From a bacterium (GTDB taxonomy: Bacteria > Zhuqueibacterota > QNDG01 > DSAB01): a stretch of DNA of 64,000 nt. Position numbers and translations under genes: made by a program. The stretch lies in NCBI GenBank assembly GCA_016931965.1, contig JAFGDT010000007.1:1063-65062 (forward strand), read 5' to 3'. Shown here piece by piece: positions 18,302-28,687 of the stretch. The first letter of the stretch is position 1. Each line of letters starts with the position of its first letter. The notes beneath the pieces were generated by a model that was not told the DNA's origin, made no database searches, and worked only from the letters and a program-made list of their open reading frames with translations.

Positions 18302-20620
18302 TTATTTTGAAATGAATGACTTGAGACCCTTCTTCTTTTTATGTTTTCCATCACCATAGTAATAATATTGATAATAATAATAGGTGGAGCCATACATATT
18401 GTCGATATTCACCCCATTGACCAGTATGCCAAAAATTTTCGCATTGACATTTTCTAAAAGAACACGGCTCCGCAAAATGGCATCTTTATTCGTCTCGCCT
18501 GATTTGATCACCAAGACCACCCCATCCAGTTTCGTCGCGAGAACAGCCGCATCGGTAACCGCAATAACGGGCGGGCTGTCAAAAAGGAGGATGTCAAATT
18601 GCGCGCTCGCTTTCTCCAGCAGCTTTTCCATAGCATCGGATGCCAGCAGTTCGGAAGGATTGGGAGGCAGCGTTCCCGAACAGAGAAGACTCAAATTATC
18701 GATATGCGTCGGCCTGATACCTTTATTAAGATCAATATTACCGACAAGAACATTGGTCAATCCTTCCGTACGGGGATGGTTAAAAATCGCATGCAGGACG
18801 GGGCGACGAAGATCGGTATCAACAAGAAGGGTCTTGGCTCCCATCTGGGCAAAGGTAATGGCGATATTGGCAACCGAGGTTGATTTTCCCTCACCCGGAT
18901 TTGAGCTGGTTACCAGTACGGTTCTGATCGGCCGATCGATTTTCGTGTACTGGATGTTGGTTCGCAAGGTTCGATAGGCTTCAGAAATGGGAGATTTCGG
19001 GGCAAAATGGGTAATCAAACGGGATTCAATCCGCTGGATTTCTCCGTTCAATTTTTTCGTATGTGTCTCGATTCTCTGAGAGGCAATAAACGGGATCGAA
19101 CCCAAAACCGGGAATCCCAACCTTTCAATATCCTCGATGGTTTTAAGGGATGTATCCAGGTACTCCCTGATAAAGGTGAGCCCGACACCCAATCCCAATC
19201 CGACGAGGATGCCGAGTAAAAGATTCATCTTTTTCTTGGGTGAAACTGGATCATCAGGGGGCAATGCGCGATCCACGATTCGGACCGAGCCAATCTGACC
19301 TGCTTCGGCGATCCGGTTCTCTTCATATTTCTCACTCAGCATCATGAAAATATTTTCGTTAACAGTGGCTTCACGCTGAAGCCGGGCCAATACCAGACTC
19401 TTTTCGGGAAGTCGATCCAAATTGCGATTATACTCCTGAAGAATACCCCACAGAGCATCCGATTTGGATTTCAATGATGTATTCTCCGTTTCGATTTCCA
19501 GAATATTCGTGAGGAGTGTTTCACTAAGCAACAGCGGATTGATGGCCGCCCCACCGCTGGCCACAATATTTTTTTTCTCTTCTATGATCTTGTCCTGAAT
19601 ACCTTTGATTCTCTGTTCCAACTCTGGAAGATTCCCATATTCAGAGCTCAAATCGTAATATCTGATTTGTTGCTCCAAAGAAGCTTGTCTGCTGATTTGT
19701 TCAGCAAGCTGCTTCTCAAGTTCCGCAATAACAGGACTTGAAAGGGTTGTTGCATCATCAACCAAGGCTTTTTGGTTCTCCCCCAACTGGTTTTTAAGAT
19801 AGTCCAATCGCTTTTCATTGGCCTCCAGATCCGTTTTGGCTTCCTGATAAAGGGTTTCAAATTCCGCAGCCTGCTCGATGAGCTGCTGGGTCTCCGCTGT
19901 CAATTCGGCCACATTTTGCGTTTCTTTGTATTCTTTTAAAGCATCTTCAGATGCAGTGAGTTCGGCTTCAACATCCTTCAACTTGTCTTCTAAAAACTGC
20001 CGGACCTCACTGACCTCTTCACGGCTCTCCCGGATATCGAGATCCCGATAGGCTTCCATCCAGGTATTGGCAACAAAACTGGCTTCAAACGGAGTCGGAG
20101 CCTGAAACTTGAGCTCGATGAGATCCGTATCCCGTCTCGGAACCACCTCGATCACACTTCTAAATGCTCTGACATATTCCTCAAACAGCTCCGCTTCGGA
20201 AGGTTTTCTCGTTCCGGAACCATCACGGCTAATAAGTGAAATCAACCATCTTTGAATGGAAAATTTTTCTCCCCCCGGAGAGTATCCCAAGATATAGAGT
20301 GAATCTGCCTGAGATGATTCCTGAAGCTGCAGAATCACATTCTCAGCCAAAGTCCGGCTCTTTAAAATTTCAACATGGTTGTTGATCGATGTCTCCCGCT
20401 GCATGAGGCTCGTTACTTCAAAAATTTGCTGCTGAACCCTCCCTTCTTCCTTCAATAGAATCAAGGCGGAAGCCTCATAAACGGGTTGTGCGGTAAAAGT
20501 AAAATAAGCTGTGGATGCAACAACAATCAGGAATGAAAAGAGAATGATCCATCTTCCTCGATAGAGTACACGCACATAGTCACTTAAAGTGACTTGCTGT
20601 TCTTTCATTTCCTCTTCCAC
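18302..20620 (-). CDS. wzc: Polysaccharide co-polymerase / tyrosine autokinase (Wzc-like)
   Basis: Two TM segments, periplasmic coiled coil, Walker A GEGKST, DTDLRRP, C-terminal Tyr cluster YYYYQYYYY. Confidence 0.9.
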   Translation of the reverse strand: MEEEMKEQQVTLSDYVRVLYRGRWIILFSFLIVVASTAYFTFTAQPVYEASALILLKEEGRVQQQIFEVTSLMQRETSINNHVEILKSRTLAENVILQLQESSQADSLYILGYSPGGEKFSIQRWLISLISRDGSGTRKPSEAELFEEYVRAFRSVIEVVPRRDTDLIELKFQAPTPFEASFVANTWMEAYRDLDIRESREEVSEVRQFLEDKLKDVEAELTASEDALKEYKETQNVAELTAETQQLIEQAAEFETLYQEAKTDLEANEKRLDYLKNQLGENQKALVDDATTLSSPVIAELEKQLAEQISRQASLEQQIRYYDLSSEYGNLPELEQRIKGIQDKIIEEKKNIVASGGAAINPLLLSETLLTNILEIETENTSLKSKSDALWGILQEYNRNLDRLPEKSLVLARLQREATVNENIFMMLSEKYEENRIAEAGQIGSVRIVDRALPPDDPVSPKKKMNLLLGILVGLGLGVGLTFIREYLDTSLKTIEDIERLGFPVLGSIPFIASQRIETHTKKLNGEIQRIESRLITHFAPKSPISEAYRTLRTNIQYTKIDRPIRTVLVTSSNPGEGKSTSVANIAITFAQMGAKTLLVDTDLRRPVLHAIFNHPRTEGLTNVLVGNIDLNKGIRPTHIDNLSLLCSGTLPPNPSELLASDAMEKLLEKASAQFDILLFDSPPVIAVTDAAVLATKLDGVVLVIKSGETNKDAILRSRVLLENVNAKIFGILVNGVNIDNMYGSTYYYYQYYYYGDGKHKKKKGLKSFISK

Positions 20621-20958
20621 AGAACAATCTCCTACTTTAAAATAATTTTTATCAATGTTCTAAATGAGCTTTTTATAGAGAAAAAATCCCCTCCTTATAA
20701 AAAATAAAGATTCACTTTTGAAAGGGATCAATATAAATCTTATTATATTATAGAAATTAACAAGACTTTATTAATAAAACCCCTCGAAAAATCAAACCCA
20801 CAAACAAGGAATATTGTTATTTTTTTGTAAATATTGTTATTAAAATTTAAATGATTTTAAATTTAAATAATATTTTCTTAAATGTCAATGTTTTTTTAAA
20901 TTATACATGCATTATAAATAATACTTTACCTTTTTAATATTTATCTATACCTTTTTGT

Positions 20959-21606
20959 TTATCTCATATCGATTACTTCAGTATCTTCCGGTATGACAAA
21001 TTCAAAGATAGACGCATCCATCGGCAAATCGAACTGAACTGAATTGAGTTCATAAATCGTCCGGTTGTCATTGATGTCGACCTGTTCGACCTTCCGAGGA
21101 ATCCAGGTGTCTTGTTCAATCCAGACAGTAACTTCTGGAAAAAACGCATCTCCGCTCTCTTCTGTCAACATGACCACAGCGCAAGTTTTCCCTGAAATGA
21201 CCTCTTCGCCAACCATTCGGGTGGCATATGATCGTGTATATTGAAATAAAATCTGTCGCGGTAAAAGGGTATTATCTGAATCGCTCAATCGGTCAATCAG
21301 AACCCTCTGCGAAGGTTTGCTGTAGGTCCACAATGTTTGTCCATCGGATACGATGATCTGATCCTCGGTCGTGACGTGAAAACGGTCATCTCCCTGCAGG
21401 ACAAGTTCTCCTTCAATGGATTGTTCCTCTCCGGTCAATTCCCAGATATAGGTTTGTTTAAAAACAACCCGAATGGATTTGGCTGAATCGAGTTTCTTTT
21501 CCACATTCTGAATAATTTTGGCGGGATTGGTCTCTTTTGCAGCCATGAGAACCGGAAACAAACAGATGACGATGAAATAATATATCCACTTTTGATTGAC
21601 CATCAT
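20959..21606 (-). CDS. lolA: Outer-membrane lipoprotein carrier
   Basis: Signal peptide; IIVSDGQTLWTYS motif; directly after ftsK. Confidence 0.8.
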   Translation of the reverse strand: MMVNQKWIYYFIVICLFPVLMAAKETNPAKIIQNVEKKLDSAKSIRVVFKQTYIWELTGEEQSIEGELVLQGDDRFHVTTEDQIIVSDGQTLWTYSKPSQRVLIDRLSDSDNTLLPRQILFQYTRSYATRMVGEEVISGKTCAVVMLTEESGDAFFPEVTVWIEQDTWIPRKVEQVDINDNRTIYELNSVQFDLPMDASIFEFVIPEDTEVIDMR

Positions 21607-23873
21607 GCTTCTCCATTTTTGTAACGATCCTGAGATTCAAGATCATCCAAATGATCCAGAAACCTTTCATCAACCAATACCTCTCTCGCCTTACTGCCAT
21701 CAAACGGACCCAAAATACCCACATCCTCAAGCTCATCAATGAGGCGGCCGGCACGCGCATACCCGATACGAAGCCGACGCTGCAGCAGAGAGGCTGAACC
21801 CTGCTGATGCCGAATAACCAATTTTGCGGCTTCCCTGAAAAGCTCATCTCTTTCTCCCGCAACGCCATCCTTATCCGTCACATGTTTGGGGGCTCCTGCC
21901 GGCAGTCTCCATGCTTCCTCCTTAGGCTGCTGGCTGATAAAATGAACAATTCTTTGAACCTCTTCTGCAGAAATGAATGCCCCATGAATCCTCAGCGGTT
22001 CCGGTTCCCTGGGATGAAGAAAAAGCATATCACCGCGTCCCAACAATTTTTCTGCACCATTTCGGTCGAGAATCGTCCTGGAATCCGTTTTGGCTGTCAC
22101 CTGAAATGCAATACGGGAAGGGAAATTGGCCTTGATCACCCCGGTGATGACATCCACTGAAGGTCTCTGAGTGGCCAAAATAAGGTGCAATCCCACGGCT
22201 CGAGACATCTGAGCCAGCCGTGCAATTGGTTCTTCAACTTCGCGGGCACCGGTGACCATCAAATCGGCCAATTCGTCAACAACAATCACCACATAGGGCA
22301 GTTTCTTCGGTATCTGACCCTCCTCTCCAACAGCTATTTTCCCTTTATCCACTGCACGATTGTAATCTTCAATATTGCGTACACCGACCCGGGCTAAAAT
22401 CCTATACCGCCGCTCCATTTCGACCTCCAGACTCCGAAGAATCGATATGGCGTTGTTCAGTGTCGTGATCACATTCTCATTTAAATCCTCGCGGGTCGTC
22501 AAATGATGATGGTGCAACTTTCGGTAGAGCGTTAATTCCAATTTTTTGGGGTCAATCAGAACCAACTTGACCTCTGAAGGTTTCGCACGATACAGCATAC
22601 TCGTGATGATCGTATTGAGACAGACCGATTTACCCGAACCGGTAGCCCCCGCAACAAGCAAATGGGGCATCTGCGCCAAATCGGTCACATAGGGTTTGCC
22701 CTCGATGGTCTGCCCTAAAGCCAGAGTCAATTTTGAAGGTGACTCCTGAAAAGCCCTCGATTCAAGAATGCTCCTGAGGGAAACCAGGGCGGGTTCTTCA
22801 TTCGGGATTTCAATCCCCACAGCTGCTTTTCCCGGTATGGGAGCGACAACCCGGACTCTTTGAGCCTGCATGACCAGTGCAAGATCATCCTGACAGCCAA
22901 CAAAACGACTGACTTTTACTCCCGGAGCAGGTTTGACTTCGAATCGCGTAATCACTGGCCCTGGCTGGATGCCAACGACCTCCCCTTGCACATCAAATTC
23001 ACGCAGTTTCTCCTCAAGGAAATAGGCCTTTTTTTCCAGCGCTTCCCGATCATACTGTTTCCCTTCAGAAAGTGATGAGACAAGCATGTCGATGGGTGGA
23101 AATCGGTAGGAATCCTCTCTATGCACGGATTTGTCTGCAGGTTCCGCTTTTTCTTGAACCGGATTTTTTTCTACAGGGATCGAAATCGGCTGACGGGCAG
23201 TTACTTTTTCCTTGATTGTTGGTTGAATATGAATAGGTCTTTTATCTTCCATTTCATTCTGCCGATCGAAACCCATTCGCTTTTTCCTTTTGATAAGATG
23301 CGTAAAAAAAGATCCTGCTCCTTCTTTGAGACCCAATATCGATTCGCGCATACTCCAGGACGTGGCGGAAATGAGAAAGATAACCAGAAACGTCAACAGC
23401 ACAATGATACTGCCGACTGCTCCTAAGTAGTGATTCAACTGTTCGGCTATGAAACGTCCAAAATGGCCGTGAATAAAATAGATTTTTTCGCTGCTTTCAG
23501 CCGATATGACGCCGGGAAGAGCCAGCGAGGTTGACAGAAATATCCCCAAAGCTAAAAAATAGAGTGAGAACCGAAAGAAAAATTTGAACTCACGCTGAAG
23601 AAAGATCGTCCAGCCAAGGAGAAAGAGAATCAATGGGAAAACGATACACGAATGTCCGATTGTGTAGTCATTCAGGTAATAGCTGATCCATGCACCGGCC
23701 AATCCAAGCCAATTCCTGACAAATGGACTGGTATGACTGTGATTGGGGTAATCTGTTGGATAGACAAACCGTGAAACAATCCCCAGCAGTACCAAAATGG
23801 AAAGGGCAATGATAAGAAGACCCAGAAGTTCTTGTCCTCTGGGAGGATTGTTATTTTTATGATTTGCAGCCAT
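21603..23873 (-). CDS. ftsK: DNA translocase FtsK
   Basis: N-terminal TMs, HLLVAGATGSGKS, ATQRPSVDV, gamma domain LQRRLRIGYARAGRLID. Confidence 0.96.
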   Translation of the reverse strand: MAANHKNNNPPRGQELLGLLIIALSILVLLGIVSRFVYPTDYPNHSHTSPFVRNWLGLAGAWISYYLNDYTIGHSCIVFPLILFLLGWTIFLQREFKFFFRFSLYFLALGIFLSTSLALPGVISAESSEKIYFIHGHFGRFIAEQLNHYLGAVGSIIVLLTFLVIFLISATSWSMRESILGLKEGAGSFFTHLIKRKKRMGFDRQNEMEDKRPIHIQPTIKEKVTARQPISIPVEKNPVQEKAEPADKSVHREDSYRFPPIDMLVSSLSEGKQYDREALEKKAYFLEEKLREFDVQGEVVGIQPGPVITRFEVKPAPGVKVSRFVGCQDDLALVMQAQRVRVVAPIPGKAAVGIEIPNEEPALVSLRSILESRAFQESPSKLTLALGQTIEGKPYVTDLAQMPHLLVAGATGSGKSVCLNTIITSMLYRAKPSEVKLVLIDPKKLELTLYRKLHHHHLTTREDLNENVITTLNNAISILRSLEVEMERRYRILARVGVRNIEDYNRAVDKGKIAVGEEGQIPKKLPYVVIVVDELADLMVTGAREVEEPIARLAQMSRAVGLHLILATQRPSVDVITGVIKANFPSRIAFQVTAKTDSRTILDRNGAEKLLGRGDMLFLHPREPEPLRIHGAFISAEEVQRIVHFISQQPKEEAWRLPAGAPKHVTDKDGVAGERDELFREAAKLVIRHQQGSASLLQRRLRIGYARAGRLIDELEDVGILGPFDGSKAREVLVDERFLDHLDDLESQDRYKNGEA

Positions 23874-23952
23874 AATTCAATATCGATTCCATTTAAACCC
23901 TTCTTCAATCCTGAACAGAGCCGATGCTCTCAACGCGAGCAATGTCCTTTAT

Positions 23953-24030
23953 CTCATCCCGAGCAGATCTTTCTGTCATCCCAATCGGAGCCCTTTCCGT
24001 CATCCCGAGCGGAGTCGAGGGATGACTTTT
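23953..24030. repeat. REP-B hairpin cluster (gtcatcccgagcggagtcgagggatgac plus two degenerate half-copies)
   Basis: 8-bp stem at 23999-24026; same family as 4559-4586 and 5275-5302. Confidence 0.8.
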
Positions 24031-24126
24031 TATATCCTATCACAAATAAAACTAAGTATCATCAATTATATTAATAATCTAACCAAAAAACAACTGTTTG
24101 TCAACTCGATTATGGAACTTCACCGA

Positions 24127-25197
24127 TTACTGGATCACCCGGAGAATATCCTGATAGATAATAAAGGCCATCAAAGCCAGAATCAAAACCATGCCGACTT
24201 GTTGAATAATCAGCTTGGTTTTTAAGGGTATCTGCCTTCGGATGAGACCCTCAACGGTCAAAAACAAAAGATGACCCCCATCCAAAACCGGGATGGGGAG
24301 TAAATTCAAAATACCCAGATTGATGCTGAGAATAGCCATAAAACCGACCAATACGCCAAATCCGAGACGGGCACTCTCCCCGGCCATTTTTGATATCAGG
24401 ATGGGTCCCGCCAATGATTCCACCGATTCTTCCCTGATAATCAATCTGTAAATCGACACCAGGACCAATTTGGACAAATCATATACAGATTCTGCTCCAA
24501 TCGCAACAGCAGGGATCAATCCCACATGTTTCATTTCAAACTGAGGATATAATCCAACTTGTCCGATCTCGCGAGTCTCTCCAGATTCTTCAATTTCAGT
24601 TTTCATGGGTGTGATTTGGATTGTAAACATAGAATCGTGACGGTTGATTTGAAAGTGTAAAGGACGTTCGGCAGATTGTCGAATGATCTCCGTCATTTCT
24701 TCCCACAGCGTTATCTCGACACCATCAATGGATAGAATGCGATCTCCCGCTTCAATACCGGCTGCCTGGGCCGGTGTGTCCTCAACGACTTCCCCAACGA
24801 CGGATCCTTCTACCTGTTCTGCAATACCGTAAATCAGTGCACCGGCAATGAAAATAACAAATCCTAAAAATAGATTCATCACCGGACCTGAAAAAACGAC
24901 AAGCACCCTCTGTAACCAGGGTTTTGAGCGGTACTCCCAGGGTTTCGGCTCTGCGGACAATTGTTTTTTATCGAGACTCTCATCAACCATACCGGCAATC
25001 TTGACATATCCTCCCAGGGGTACGACACCGATACAGTAATCGGTTTCTCCAATCCTTTTCCCGATCAACCTTGGCGGAAAGCCCAGAGAGAATCGATCCA
25101 CACGAATGTGAAATAATTTGGCAGCTAAAAAATGGCCCGCTTCATGAACAAAAATCAGGACACCGAGCACAAAAATGGTCGAAAAAACAGTAATCAT
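24127..25197 (-). CDS. rseP: RIP metalloprotease RseP
   Basis: HEAGH, PDZ domain, NLLPIPVLDGGH. Confidence 0.95.
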   Translation of the reverse strand: MITVFSTIFVLGVLIFVHEAGHFLAAKLFHIRVDRFSLGFPPRLIGKRIGETDYCIGVVPLGGYVKIAGMVDESLDKKQLSAEPKPWEYRSKPWLQRVLVVFSGPVMNLFLGFVIFIAGALIYGIAEQVEGSVVGEVVEDTPAQAAGIEAGDRILSIDGVEITLWEEMTEIIRQSAERPLHFQINRHDSMFTIQITPMKTEIEESGETREIGQVGLYPQFEMKHVGLIPAVAIGAESVYDLSKLVLVSIYRLIIREESVESLAGPILISKMAGESARLGFGVLVGFMAILSINLGILNLLPIPVLDGGHLLFLTVEGLIRRQIPLKTKLIIQQVGMVLILALMAFIIYQDILRVIQ

Positions 25198-25207
25198 AGA
25201 GACTCCG

Positions 25208-26371
25208 TTAAAGATTAGGCATCATTTTCTTTAAAATGACCTTGCGTGTCCACCGGTCTGCATTCAGAATTTCTTGAAACTCAGGGTGAACAATCACCTC
25301 ATGGTATTGCAAGACCCTGTCAATTATTTCCGTGATTTGATTAAATTGAATGCGTCCTGACAGGAAGAGATCGACAGCGACTTCATCGGCTGCGTTCAAA
25401 ACGGCCGGCGCCGTCCCTCCGACCTTCAGAGCATCATAAGCCAGTCGCAAAGCCGGATATTTTTCAGGATCGGGCGGTAAAAATGTCAATTGATTCATCC
25501 GTGTGAAATCCATCCACCCATAATCGCCAGCCCAGCGCTCTGGGTAAGTCAATGCATAGGAAATGGGTGTCCGCATATCCGGCAGACCCAACTGGGCTTT
25601 GATCGATCCGTCCATAAATTCGACCATGGAATGGATAATCGATTGCGGATGGATGACCACCTCGATTTTCGACGCATCCATCTCAAAAAGCCACCTGGCT
25701 TCAATGATTTCCAATCCCTTATTCATCAACGTCGCTGAATCAATCGTCACTTTCTTGCCCATTGACCAATTGGGGTGATTCAAAGCTTCTTCAACGGTCA
25801 CATGGTCCATTTCAGATTGGTCTCGATTGTAAAAAGGTCCCCCCGATGCCGTGAGAATCAATCTTCTGACGCTTTTCCGATCTTCACCCCGGAGACACTG
25901 AAAAAGGGCACTGTGTTCGCTGTCGATGGGCAGTATCCGTACGTTTCTCTTATTCGCTTCCTGCACAACCATTTTACCTGCCATGACCAACACTTCTTTG
26001 TTGGCCAACGCAACCGTTTTCTCGGCCTGAATGGCTTTGAGCGTGGCTTCCAATCCGACACTGCCCACCAGCGCATTTACAACCAAATGCGCCTCATCGC
26101 AGCCGGCAACATCGATTAACGACTCTTTACCGACAAGAAATTCAATGTGGAGTTCCTCAAACCGGCGTGCCCATTCTTTATAATCCACCTTGCCTGTTAT
26201 CACCACACGCCTCGGATGAAATTGCTTCGCCTGTTCAAAGGCCAGCGATACATTTTGATGCGCCGTCAAAGTCACCATATCAAAGCGATCCGCATATCGA
26301 CTGATCACGTCGAGTGTTTGTCGACCGATCGATCCTGTAGATCCCCATATCGATATATTTTTTGAACGCAT
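25208..26371 (-). CDS. dxr: 1-deoxy-D-xylulose-5-phosphate reductoisomerase
   Basis: GSTGSIG, LANKE, PIDSEHSA, TASGGPF, HPNWSMG, NKGLE. Confidence 0.97.
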   Translation of the reverse strand: MRSKNISIWGSTGSIGRQTLDVISRYADRFDMVTLTAHQNVSLAFEQAKQFHPRRVVITGKVDYKEWARRFEELHIEFLVGKESLIDVAGCDEAHLVVNALVGSVGLEATLKAIQAEKTVALANKEVLVMAGKMVVQEANKRNVRILPIDSEHSALFQCLRGEDRKSVRRLILTASGGPFYNRDQSEMDHVTVEEALNHPNWSMGKKVTIDSATLMNKGLEIIEARWLFEMDASKIEVVIHPQSIIHSMVEFMDGSIKAQLGLPDMRTPISYALTYPERWAGDYGWMDFTRMNQLTFLPPDPEKYPALRLAYDALKVGGTAPAVLNAADEVAVDLFLSGRIQFNQITEIIDRVLQYHEVIVHPEFQEILNADRWTRKVILKKMMPNL

Positions 26372-26492
26372 GACTAAACCTGAAAATATGAAAAGGCTGA
26401 ACCCTGCGTCTCCTGGTCAGCCCTTTTTGAAAAAATGTGTATCGTCACACTTCACATCAAAAGTCCAAACAACCACACCCGCAGCGGCTTGA

Positions 26493-27263
26493 TTAAATGA
26501 TTCCTCTCTGACTTTTCCGAACAAATTCACAGACCGCTTCTACTTCAGGTATCATTTCCACTTCCGATTCTATTTTTTCCAGTGCCTGTTTTCTATTCAG
26601 ATTTGACCTAAAAATATATCGGTAGCATCTTCGCAACATCGTAATCGTCTGATTTGAATATCCCCTTCTTTTCAGTCCAACGCTGTTTAATCCTTTATAT
26701 TGCAACGGTTCCCCCGCAGCTAAAATGAAAGGAGGAACATCCTGAACAGCCCGAAAATTGCCACCGATAAAAACATGCTTTCCAATGGTGCAAAACTGAT
26801 GAATAGGAACCAAACCGCCGATAATCACCCAATCCTCCACAGTCACATGACCGGCCAGTTGAACACCATTTGATAAAATAACATGATCACCAACGAGACA
26901 ATCGTGGGCGACATGCGTATAGGCCATCAACAGACAATGTGAACCGACTTTTGTTTTTCCCCTGTCTTTGGTGCCTCGATTCAGATCACAATATTCCCGT
27001 ATCACCGTATGATCCCCTATTTCCAGAACGGATACTTCGCCGGCAAACTTGAGATCCTGCGGAACGGTTGAAACCACGGCACCGTGATGGATATGACAGT
27101 GTTTTCCGATACGTGCTCCGTCTGCGATCAATACGTGGGAATCAATTCGTGTTGAATCCCCGATTTGCACATCCCCCTCAATAATGGAGTAGGGACCCAC
27201 AACCACATCTTCAGCCAATTCCGCATGTTCATCAACAAGCGCCATTGGGTGAATATTGGGCAA
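26493..27263 (-). CDS. lpxA: UDP-GlcNAc O-acyltransferase
   Basis: Hexapeptide repeats, PQDLKF, HVAHDC, VHQF-like motif. Confidence 0.95.
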   Translation of the reverse strand: MPNIHPMALVDEHAELAEDVVVGPYSIIEGDVQIGDSTRIDSHVLIADGARIGKHCHIHHGAVVSTVPQDLKFAGEVSVLEIGDHTVIREYCDLNRGTKDRGKTKVGSHCLLMAYTHVAHDCLVGDHVILSNGVQLAGHVTVEDWVIIGGLVPIHQFCTIGKHVFIGGNFRAVQDVPPFILAAGEPLQYKGLNSVGLKRRGYSNQTITMLRRCYRYIFRSNLNRKQALEKIESEVEMIPEVEAVCEFVRKSQRGII

Positions 27264-27289
27264 ATTTCCTCCTTGAAATGACGTTCCAT

Positions 27290-28687
27290 CTACCGGTCGA
27301 CAATAGCCGCCATGAATGTGGCTTCACAAACCAACTCTTCAGAAACAAATGCCCTGCCGATCATTTTACACGATGTCGGCCGAAAACGGACAAGTTCGAC
27401 TTCGATCTGCAGTTGATCGCCGGGATAGACAGGTTTTCTGAAACGCACATCATTGATAGCCATAAAATAGGCCAATTTCGCTTCCGGATTTTCAAAAGAA
27501 TCGAGAAGAAGAACGGCTCCGGTCTGCGCCATTGACTCAACGATTAAGACACCCGGCATAATCGGATGGCCAGGGAAATGACCCCTGAAAAATGGCTCAT
27601 TATAGGTTACATTCTTCACACCCAACACCTTTTCTTTGGGTATCAAATCAATAATTTTATCGACCATAAGGAAAGGATAGCGATGGGGCAGTATTTTTTC
27701 AATGGCCTGTATGTCTAAAAAAACACCTTTGGGTGTTGGTCTGGCCTGGTACTTACTGGTAAGCTTTTTCTTTTTATAAACTTTACGTATTTTTTTGACC
27801 AATTCGACGTGTGCCGCATGGCCGGACCGTGCAGCCATCACATGAGCCTTGAGAGGAACACCCAAAAGGGCCAGATCACCGATGAGATCCAACGTCTTGT
27901 GCCTGACCGGTTCATTGTAGAATCGAAGTTTTCTGCCTCCTAAAATACCGTTTGTTCCCAGTATGATATCCTCTCTGAAGCCAAATCGCTTGGCCAGATT
28001 TTTCAATTCTGCTTCACTCAATTGCCGATCCACAATCACAATGCCATTATCCAGACTGCCGCCCTGGATAAGACCCTGTTCGTGCAGTTCTTCAACTTCA
28101 TGAAGGAAGCAGAATGTGCGGGCAGGAGAGAATTCTTTAACAAACTCATCGGATAAAGAATACATCGACGTATACTGCGTACCCAGGGCCGGATTTTTAT
28201 AATCAACCATGAATGTGATGCGGAGTTCATCAGAAGGGAACACGACCATGTCAATTCCCTTTTCCACATCAGAGTAGGTAATTGTTTCTTTGATTTCGAG
28301 GTAGTCTTTCGGTGAATCCTGTTCAACAAAACCCGTTTTTTGCAGGACATCGACAAAAGGCTTCGCACTGCCATCAATAACGGGAGGTTCATTGGAATCG
28401 ACCTCCACAACAATGTTATCGATCTCCAGACCGTACACAGCGGCCAAAACATGTTCAACCTGTCGGATGTGAATATTGTCGATGCCAAGTGTTGTATCTC
28501 GAAAGTTGTCCACAACATGCTCAATATCCGCAGGAATCTCAGGGCATTGATCCACATCGGTGCGAACGAAACGGATGCCTGTATTCGGTTCGGCCGGTTT
28601 AAAGGTAATGGTGGTTTTGTTCCCGGTATGTAACCCAACACCCGAAAGAGAAACCGGTTTCTTAATCGTCCTTTGATTGATTAACAT
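27290..28687 (-). CDS. lpxC-fabZ: Bifunctional LpxC deacetylase / FabZ dehydratase
   Basis: QRTI..GVGLHTG, VEHVLAA, HKTLDLIGD; then LPHRYPFL, GHFPG.PIMPGVLIVE. Confidence 0.95.
   Translation of the reverse strand: MLINQRTIKKPVSLSGVGLHTGNKTTITFKPAEPNTGIRFVRTDVDQCPEIPADIEHVVDNFRDTTLGIDNIHIRQVEHVLAAVYGLEIDNIVVEVDSNEPPVIDGSAKPFVDVLQKTGFVEQDSPKDYLEIKETITYSDVEKGIDMVVFPSDELRITFMVDYKNPALGTQYTSMYSLSDEFVKEFSPARTFCFLHEVEELHEQGLIQGGSLDNGIVIVDRQLSEAELKNLAKRFGFREDIILGTNGILGGRKLRFYNEPVRHKTLDLIGDLALLGVPLKAHVMAARSGHAAHVELVKKIRKVYKKKKLTSKYQARPTPKGVFLDIQAIEKILPHRYPFLMVDKIIDLIPKEKVLGVKNVTYNEPFFRGHFPGHPIMPGVLIVESMAQTGAVLLLDSFENPEAKLAYFMAINDVRFRKPVYPGDQLQIEVELVRFRPTSCKMIGRAFVSEELVCEATFMAAIVDR

Noticed and set aside
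26393-26428. Hairpin between lpxA and dxr
   Set aside because: aaggctga...tcagccctt stem is plausible but has a long loop; too weak to call a terminator.
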